Origin: Obrimoposthia wandeli
Taxonomy: Eukaryota
Reading direction: 5' to 3'
Assembly (NCBI GenBank): GCA_977020255.1
Contig: CDROCS010002910.1
Location: 62,001 to 126,000, forward strand
Length of the DNA: 64,000 nucleotides
Each line of letters starts with the position of its first letter. Position 1 is the stretch's first letter. Position numbers and translations under genes: made by a program. The notes below the pieces were generated by a model that worked only from the letters and a program-made list of their open reading frames with translations, was not told the DNA's origin and made no database searches. Shown here piece after piece: positions 37,108-43,291 of the stretch.

Positions 37108-37122
37108 CAAAAAAGTAAATTC

Positions 37123-37752
37123 TTAACTTCTTGGTGGATAAAGACCTTCCATACATATTATATAATTAAGACCTAAACTTGGTTGTATATTGCTAAAAGC
37201 AACATTATTTCCTGTCATACCAACTGTTACGTCACCGCCTGTTGCAGTAATAGCTACTGGTGCAGTAAAAGGTTTTAAAGTTGTATCTGCAGCCTCAGAG
37301 CTATAAGCATTTACTACGTTTCCATTTTTTATTACTTCTTGAGTCGCAAAAACAGAACCAACACCTGGTACAGAAGTATCAGCAGAATCAGCTACCGCAG
37401 GTACAGAAACAGTCGCTTCTGCTGTTGCTGTAATACCTGTAACTAGAGCAGTATGGTTATGAGCTGGTAAATTTTTTGTAATTAGAGTTGTCGTTTCATT
37501 ACCCTCTTTCTCTCCTAATCTATAAGCTGATAATCCTGGTCCTGCTGAATTTCCTCCAGAGTTTACAGGTACTCTACCTCTTAAATCGGGTAAAGCAAAT
37601 GTAGTTCTTCCATCTCCACCATAAGTGGTTCCTAAAATTGAAAATAAAGATTGGTTTTGTGCGATTGGTAATAATTGCCCATTGCAGTAAGCCCAGTTTC
37701 TTGGAGCAAAATTTCCTGCAAACATTTTAATAATTCCGATGTACTCATCCAT
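37123..37752 (-). CDS. Phage tail-collar domain protein (MdpB/'microcystin-dependent protein' family)
   Basis: YIG.IKMFAGNFAP.NWAYCNGQLLPI.QNQ.LFSILGTTYGGDGRTTFALPDLRGR, LPAHNH, and C-terminal NIQPSLGLNYIIC.EGLYP.RS. Confidence 0.92.
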   Translation of the reverse strand: MDEYIGIIKMFAGNFAPRNWAYCNGQLLPIAQNQSLFSILGTTYGGDGRTTFALPDLRGRVPVNSGGNSAGPGLSAYRLGEKEGNETTTLITKNLPAHNHTALVTGITATAEATVSVPAVADSADTSVPGVGSVFATQEVIKNGNVVNAYSSEAADTTLKPFTAPVAITATGGDVTVGMTGNNVAFSNIQPSLGLNYIICMEGLYPPRS

Positions 37753-37784
37753 GTTATAAAGTTTTTAGTTGGTTAAACATGTTT

Positions 37785-37881
37785 CAAATGTAGTTGTAAC
37801 AAATGATGAGGTTTAGAGTGTTAAATACTGAAAGTAAAAAAGGGTATAAATACTTATTTTATAAGTATTTATACCCTTTTT
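37785..37881 (-). promoter_or_regulatory. Tail-collar promoter (-7 TACATTTG) with upstream 21-bp perfect inverted repeat holding two 6-4-6 sites
   Basis: Minus-strand TACATTTG at 37785-37792. AAAAAGGGTATAAATACTTAT-TTT-ATAAGTATTTATACCCTTTTT at 37837-37881, which can also act as the response-regulator terminator. Confidence 0.6.
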
Positions 37882-37899
37882 ATTTATTAGTGAATGAAA

Positions 37900-38580
37900 C
37901 TACAGGTTAAAATCTGGCGTAATTTCTATTAATTTTTTTTGAATTCCATAAATAACTAAACCAGCTACATTTTTAGATTGCGTTTTTAAAAGAAGGTTAT
38001 TTCTATGCCCCTCTACCGTTCTTGGGCTTATAAAAAGTTTGTCGGCAATTTCTGCAGTTGTTTTTTGAGCACAAATTAATTCTAAAACATCTATTTCTCT
38101 TTTAGACAGTAGTTTTTTATCTAAATCGCTTTTTATACGTTTTCCACTAGATGATATAATATTCTCATGTATAATTGTTAATACTTTTTCATCATAATAA
38201 AAACCCTTATCATACACTTCATTAATTGTATGAACTACCGTTTTTGGGCTTGTGTTTTTAAGAAGATAAGAAGAAGCGCCAACATCTATCATGTTAGTAA
38301 TAAAAGATTTACCACCATAACTAGTAAGTGCAATTATTTTTATTTCTGGATATTTTTTATGAATAATTTTAGTAGCTTCTACACCATTAACTTCTGGCAT
38401 ATTTAAATCCATTAAAATTACATCTGGGAGCTCTTCTGTTTTATTAATAAAGGTTATTAATTCTTTGCCATTTTCTGCTTCATAAATGATGTTAAAATTG
38501 TCTTCTCTTTCTAATAAAAAACGAATTCCACTTCTAAAAAGCTGCTCGTCATCGGCAATTATTATATTAATTTGTTTCAT
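37900..38580 (-). CDS. NarL/FixJ (LuxR-HTH) family response regulator
   Basis: IIIADDE, DVILMDLNMP, ALTSY, YLLKN receiver motifs. LSKREIDVLELIC...T.EIADKLFISPRTVEGHRNNL HTH. Confidence 0.95.
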   Translation of the reverse strand: MKQINIIIADDEQLFRSGIRFLLEREDNFNIIYEAENGKELITFINKTEELPDVILMDLNMPEVNGVEATKIIHKKYPEIKIIALTSYGGKSFITNMIDVGASSYLLKNTSPKTVVHTINEVYDKGFYYDEKVLTIIHENIISSSGKRIKSDLDKKLLSKREIDVLELICAQKTTAEIADKLFISPRTVEGHRNNLLLKTQSKNVAGLVIYGIQKKLIEITPDFNL

Positions 38581-38593
38581 AATTTGGGGGCTA

Positions 38594-39385
38594 TTATATT
38601 ACAATGAAAATTTTAAAACCTTTACCTATTTCACTTCCAATACTATATTTTCCATTTAATAGGGAAACTCTACTTTCTATATTTTTCATTCCAAGTCCTT
38701 TCTTATTATCAATATTATTAGAATTAAAACCAATACCATTATCAGTATAATTAAAAATTAATTGATTGTTTTTTAAAGAAATGTTTATAGTACTATTATT
38801 TGCTTTTCCGTGTCTTACAGAGTTGTTAATTAACTCTTGCGTAATTCTAAAAAGGTGTAATTCGTTTTGTGGTATTAAATGTTTTTTTGGATAGTTAATA
38901 GTATATTCAATATTAATTTTTCTGCTATTATTAAATTCATCTGCCAATTCTTCTACTGCATCTTTAAACCCAAATTCTTCAAGAATTGGGGGCAATAAAT
39001 TATGGGCAATTTTTCTTGCACTTTCTAGGGTTTTCTCGGTTGCTTTTAAAATACCGTTATTAACTATTTTAAATTCTTCTGGTGTTAATTCTCCATCTTT
39101 TAAAAGATTTGCATTCAGGTTAATCACATTTAACTTAGAGCTAATGTCGTCATGTAAATCTTGTGCAATACGTTTGCGCTCTTTTTCTTGAGTTATAATA
39201 ATAGATTGTATAATTTCTTTTTGATGCGTTATTTCGAGATTTTTTTTCTCAAGTTCTTTTTCCACTATTTTTTTTCTTGAGAAAAAGAAAAATAATAGTA
39301 AAGAAATTCCCATAATTAGGAGTAACAGAACACTTATTATAACTACAGCAATCACTTGGTCTTGTTTAGCAACTAATTCTTCCAT
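38594..39385 (-). CDS. HisKA_3 sensor histidine kinase with one TM and no evident sensory domain
   Basis: TM at about aa 12-36. QEKERKRIAQDLHDD H-box, FRITQELINNSVRHG N-box, DNGIGF and GLGMKNI G-boxes. Confidence 0.93.
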   Translation of the reverse strand: MEELVAKQDQVIAVVIISVLLLLIMGISLLLFFFFSRKKIVEKELEKKNLEITHQKEIIQSIIITQEKERKRIAQDLHDDISSKLNVINLNANLLKDGELTPEEFKIVNNGILKATEKTLESARKIAHNLLPPILEEFGFKDAVEELADEFNNSRKINIEYTINYPKKHLIPQNELHLFRITQELINNSVRHGKANNSTINISLKNNQLIFNYTDNGIGFNSNNIDNKKGLGMKNIESRVSLLNGKYSIGSEIGKGFKIFIVI

Positions 39386-39407
39386 TTGGGGCTTTGATGT
39401 GTAAAAT

Positions 39408-39523
39408 CAAAATTACGGAAAAATATTTTTACACAAGATAATGCTAACAAAGTGAAATAAAAAGCCTGAAGTGAAAATCAGGGGTTTATACTTGTTTTTG
39501 TATTCTTAGTATAAACCCCTGAT
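39408..39523 (-). promoter_or_regulatory. HK/RR promoter (TTG-18-TAATTTTG) and upstream inverted repeat with two 6-4-6-like sites
   Basis: Minus-strand TAATTTTG at 39408-39415 and TTG at 39434-39436. ATCAGGGGTTTATACT...AGTATAAACCCCTGAT at 39477-39523. Confidence 0.55.
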
Positions 39524-39525
39524 TA

Positions 39526-40167
39526 TTATCTCTTTTTTAAATGTATGTGTTTTCTAAAATTTTTATACCATTCTATAAAAACCATAATTTGAAAAATTAA
39601 ATATAGGAATGCATTTATATCCCAAACATATAATTTAAGTTCTCTAGAATCTATGTTTCCTAAAGTGAAAATTAATGTACTACAAAGTGTATAAACAAAG
39701 AAACCAGAGTTAAAGTAAATGTATTTTTTGTCTTTATAGTCATCTATCTTTTTTACAAAAAAGTAAAAACTATAAATTAACAATGGTATGGATGTTAAAA
39801 CAATTTCTAACTGATTCCATCTTTTAAATGCTTCAGGATAATTATATAGATATATAATAAAATACAAAGCAATTACAAGAGTTAAAATCCAATTTAAGAT
39901 CTTAAATTTTTTGAAACTCTGTAATGTTGAAAAGAACAGACTTAAAAAAATAAACTGACCTATAAAAAAATAATGACTTAAAAATAAGTTGTTTATTCCT
40001 TTTGTACTAAAATTATTAGAAACTAATTGAATAACAGAACAAAGCACTAAATACATAATAAAGTATTTTATAGCTTTGTCTTTTTTAGTATAACTTAGAG
40101 TAAATACTACTGTATTTAGAATTAAAAAAAAGTACCCTGCATTTATTATGAAATCATCGAAGATCAT
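39526..40167 (-). CDS. Multi-pass (about 6-7 TM) membrane protein, paralog 2
   Basis: Hydrophobic segments throughout. Shares NL(F/H)L.H..FIGQF.FLS.FF, E.V.TSIPL..YS, FNSG.F.Y..CSTLIF and W..NA.LYLI.QI.V...WYKNFRK with 40295-40927. Confidence 0.8.
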   Translation of the reverse strand: MIFDDFIINAGYFFLILNTVVFTLSYTKKDKAIKYFIMYLVLCSVIQLVSNNFSTKGINNLFLSHYFFIGQFIFLSLFFSTLQSFKKFKILNWILTLVIALYFIIYLYNYPEAFKRWNQLEIVLTSIPLLIYSFYFFVKKIDDYKDKKYIYFNSGFFVYTLCSTLIFTLGNIDSRELKLYVWDINAFLYLIFQIMVFIEWYKNFRKHIHLKKR

Positions 40168-40176
40168 TTAATTAAA

Positions 40177-40290
40177 TCAGTTTAATGGGGTTTTTGTATC
40201 ACAGAATTCAGTATGTGGTCTTGAAAAATTATAAATAGGATCACTTTAAACTACTAAAGTAAATCCATCTTTAGAAGAAATCATATCTTT
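40177..40290 (-). pseudogene. Decayed 3' remnant of a second PCPxxC gene
   Basis: Translates KDMISSKDGFTLVV*SDPIYNFSRPHTEFCDTKTPLN*. Aligns ungapped with the intact C-terminus KDMISSNDGETLDADSGAIFDATKPCPDSCDFTSPLMQ* (17 of 37 positions identical), with an in-frame stop and no 5' part. Confidence 0.85.
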
Positions 40291-40294
40291 TATA

Positions 40295-40927
40295 CTATTC
40301 ATTAATCTTTCTAAAGTTTTTATACCAATCTATAGAAACTAAAATTTGATAAATCAGGTAAAGGATTGCATTAAAGAGCCAAATATAAATTTTTATGTCC
40401 GATTTTAAACTACCAGCAACAAAAATTAAAGTACTGCATGTAATGTAAAGGAACAAACCTGAGTTAAAAAAAAGAAATTTTTTGTTATCACTATCTATTC
40501 TCTTTACTAAGAAAATTAAACTATAAGCAATTAATGGAATAGAAGTAACTACAACTTCAAAAATATTATGTTCAGTTAAAAATTCTGGATAGATAAAATA
40601 GCAGACACCTAAAGAAAACAATGCCATAAATAAATAGATTCTTATAATATTAGAAAGTAACTTATTTTTAAACTCTAGTATAAAAAAGAAACTTAAAAAA
40701 AGAAACTGACCAATAAAGTAAAAGTGCGTCAAATGAAGGTTTGACTCTTTTAGACTATGAAGGTAATTCATTCTTAACTGAATGATTAAAACATACAATA
40801 AGTAAAATGCAATAATTTTAAAAGCTACCGTTTTTTTACGGTAGCTTTTAAAAAAAAGAAATGTATTTAAAATTAAAATAATATACCCTAAATCAGCTAT
40901 TATATTAAAAATTTCTTTAGAATCCAT
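40295..40927 (-). CDS. Multi-pass (about 6-7 TM) membrane protein, paralog 1
   Basis: Same conserved motifs as 39526-40167; starts 1 bp after the PCPxxC gene stop. Confidence 0.8.
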   Translation of the reverse strand: MDSKEIFNIIADLGYIILILNTFLFFKSYRKKTVAFKIIAFYLLYVLIIQLRMNYLHSLKESNLHLTHFYFIGQFLFLSFFFILEFKNKLLSNIIRIYLFMALFSLGVCYFIYPEFLTEHNIFEVVVTSIPLIAYSLIFLVKRIDSDNKKFLFFNSGLFLYITCSTLIFVAGSLKSDIKIYIWLFNAILYLIYQILVSIDWYKNFRKINE

Positions 40928-40928
40928 T

Positions 40929-41312
40929 TTATTGCATTAAAGGACTCGTGAAGTCACATGAATCTGGACATGGTTTAGTTGCATCAAAAATAGCACCACT
41001 ATCAGCATCTAGAGTTTCACCATCATTAGAAGAAATCATGTCTTTTCCATTTTTATCTACGCCTACAAACATTAATTTTTCTTCAAAAATAGTTTCTCCT
41101 GTTTTTTTATCTTCAGATTTTTTAACGCCTAAATATCCTCTAACACTTACAGCACCTTCTTCAATTACTTCTTTTAAGTCTATTAAAGGAATTGTAAAAG
41201 CTCTACAATCGAAGTATTTATTATAAGAAGCTTCATCATCTCTCCATTCTGTAGCCCATTTTTGAGCTTTTTGTAAGCTGATTTTGTTAATTTTTTTTGG
41301 TTGTTTTTCCAT
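40929..41312 (-). CDS. Small cytoplasmic hypothetical protein with C-terminal PCPxxC motif
   Basis: 127 aa, no signal peptide. ISL..AQKWA.EWR, RAF.IP..DL, VRGYLG, EKLMFVGVD..GKD and D.TKPCPDSCD.TSPL. From recollection this family recurs next to two-component genes in Bacteroidota; not verified here. Confidence 0.8.
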   Translation of the reverse strand: MEKQPKKINKISLQKAQKWATEWRDDEASYNKYFDCRAFTIPLIDLKEVIEEGAVSVRGYLGVKKSEDKKTGETIFEEKLMFVGVDKNGKDMISSNDGETLDADSGAIFDATKPCPDSCDFTSPLMQ

Positions 41313-41380
41313 GTTTAATAGTATTTAAGTTTATAAATAATTTGGGTTAGGCTATAAATCTAAATAAAAATAAAGAAAAA

Positions 41381-41461
41381 GGAGGGTTAATACTTCTATT
41401 TATATTGATAAACACGTGTTTTTACCTGTTTTTTTAATCTGTTTTTAGGTGTTTTCCTTTA
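41381..41461. promoter_or_regulatory. Phased array of 6-4-6 pseudo-palindromes upstream of the PCPxxC gene
   Basis: GGAGGG-TTAA-TACTTC (41381), CACGTG-TTTT-TACCTG (41413), TAGGTG-TTTT-CCTTTA (41446); spacings 32 and 33 bp. Confidence 0.5.
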
Positions 41462-41494
41462 TTAGGTGTTTAAAAAAAAGTGTATTTTCGTTAC

Positions 41495-43291
41495 ATGCCT
41501 ACATCTTTAGAACTACAAATAAAAACCTTACCAAATGAACCAGGAGTCTATCAATATTTTGATAAAGAAGATGTAATTATTTATGTAGGAAAAGCTAAAA
41601 ATTTAAAGAAAAGAGTTGCTTCTTACTTCAATAAAAACCATGAAAATGGTAAAACCAGAGTTTTAGTAAAAAAGATTGTTCGTATTAAACATATTGTTGT
41701 TAATACAGAAACAGATGCTTTATTATTAGAGAACAATCTTATTAAAAAATACAAACCACGTTACAATGTTTTATTAAAGGATGATAAAAGCTATCCCTGG
41801 ATTTGTATAAAAAAAGAACGTTTTCCTAGAGTATTTATGACACGTAGAGTTATAAAAGATGGATCAGAATATTTTGGGCCTTATACTTCTGTAAAAACAG
41901 TTAGAATTTTATTAGATTTAATAAAGGAGTTGTATCCGCTAAGAACATGTAAGTTCGATTTAAGTCATCAGAATGTAAATGAAGGTAAATATAAAGTCTG
42001 TTTAGAATATCATTTAAAAAACTGTAAAGGTGCTTGTGAAGGTTTAGAAACAGAAACTCATTATAACAACGCCATTGTAGAAATTAGAAATATCATAAAA
42101 GGAAACTTTAAAGAAAGTTTAGAGAAGTTTCAAGCAATGATGTTGGTTTTTGCTGAAAACATGGAGTTTGAAGAAGCGCAGAAGATTAAAGAGAAATTGT
42201 ATTTATTAGGCAATTATCAATCAAAAAGTACCATTATAAATCCGTCTATAAATAATGTAGATGTGTTTTCTATTATTTCGGATGAAACACATGGATATGC
42301 AAACTTTTTAAAGATTTCTAACGGATCAATTATTCAATCTCATACTACAGAAATCAAGAAAAAGTTAGATGAAACCGATAAAGAATTATTAGAACTATTT
42401 ATTGTTGAAATTAGACAACGCTTCGATTCTCAATCTCCGGAAATTTATGCGCCTTTTAAAGTTAATTTGGGTGAAAACGTAAAAGTTACTGTACCTAAGT
42501 TAGGTGATAAAAAACGCATTGTAGAACTCTCTGAAAGAAATGCAAAGTATTACAGAATGGAGCAATTTAAGCAAGTACAAATTGTTGATCCAGATAGACA
42601 TGTAAAACGAATTATGGCGCAAATGAAAAAAGATTTGCGTTTACATGTAGAACCACGTCATATAGAATGTTTCGATAATTCTAACATTCAAGGAACGCAT
42701 CCTGTTGCAGCTTGTGTTGTTTTTAAAGACGGGAAACCGAGTAAAAAAGAGTATAGGCATTATAATATTAAAACAGTTGAAGGACCAGATGATTTTGCTT
42801 CTATGGAAGAGGTTGTTTTTAGAAGGTATAAGCGATTGTTAGAAGAAGAGCAACCTTTGCCACAATTAATAATTGTCGATGGAGGAAAAGGACAATTGTC
42901 TTCTGGTCTAAAAGCCTTAGATGATTTAGGTTTAAGAGGTAAAATTGCGATTATAGGAATAGCAAAACGTTTAGAAGAAATTTATTATCCTGGAGATCCA
43001 ATTCCGTTGTATTTAGATAAAAAATCTGAAACATTAAAGATTACACAGTACTTAAGAAACGAAGCGCATAGGTTTGGAATTACGTTTCATAGAAATAAAC
43101 GTAGTAAAACTGCAATTCAATCTGAATTAGAGCAAATTCCTGATGTTGGAACACAAACTATTACAACTTTATTGCGTAAATTTAAGTCGGCAAAACGAGT
43201 TAAAGAAGCTTCTTTTGATGAGTTAAAAGAAGTCATTGGAAACTCAAGAGCTACAAAGGTTTATGAATATTTTCATCCTCAGAAAAAATGA
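41495..43291 (+). CDS. uvrC: Excinuclease ABC subunit C
   Basis: GIY-YIG LPNEPGVYQY...IYVGKAKNLKKRVASYF, IECFDNSNIQG, PQLIIVDGGKGQL, RNEAHRFGITFHR and HhH tail. ATG 41495 preferred to GTG 41480. Confidence 0.98.
   Translation: MPTSLELQIKTLPNEPGVYQYFDKEDVIIYVGKAKNLKKRVASYFNKNHENGKTRVLVKKIVRIKHIVVNTETDALLLENNLIKKYKPRYNVLLKDDKSYPWICIKKERFPRVFMTRRVIKDGSEYFGPYTSVKTVRILLDLIKELYPLRTCKFDLSHQNVNEGKYKVCLEYHLKNCKGACEGLETETHYNNAIVEIRNIIKGNFKESLEKFQAMMLVFAENMEFEEAQKIKEKLYLLGNYQSKSTIINPSINNVDVFSIISDETHGYANFLKISNGSIIQSHTTEIKKKLDETDKELLELFIVEIRQRFDSQSPEIYAPFKVNLGENVKVTVPKLGDKKRIVELSERNAKYYRMEQFKQVQIVDPDRHVKRIMAQMKKDLRLHVEPRHIECFDNSNIQGTHPVAACVVFKDGKPSKKEYRHYNIKTVEGPDDFASMEEVVFRRYKRLLEEEQPLPQLIIVDGGKGQLSSGLKALDDLGLRGKIAIIGIAKRLEEIYYPGDPIPLYLDKKSETLKITQYLRNEAHRFGITFHRNKRSKTAIQSELEQIPDVGTQTITTLLRKFKSAKRVKEASFDELKEVIGNSRATKVYEYFHPQKK

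Noticed and set aside
37123-37752. Prophage remnant suggested by the tail-collar domain
   Set aside because: No integrase, capsid, terminase or other tail genes nearby; the family commonly occurs stand-alone.
40948-41226. 92-aa plus-strand ORF
   Set aside because: Antisense to the PCPxxC gene, whose frame is independently supported by the relic paralog.
40929-41312. Direct equivalence to AgrD/AgrB thiolactone quorum sensing
   Set aside because: No AgrB-like protease motif was recognised and the protein lacks an AgrD-type amphipathic leader; kept only as an architectural analogy.
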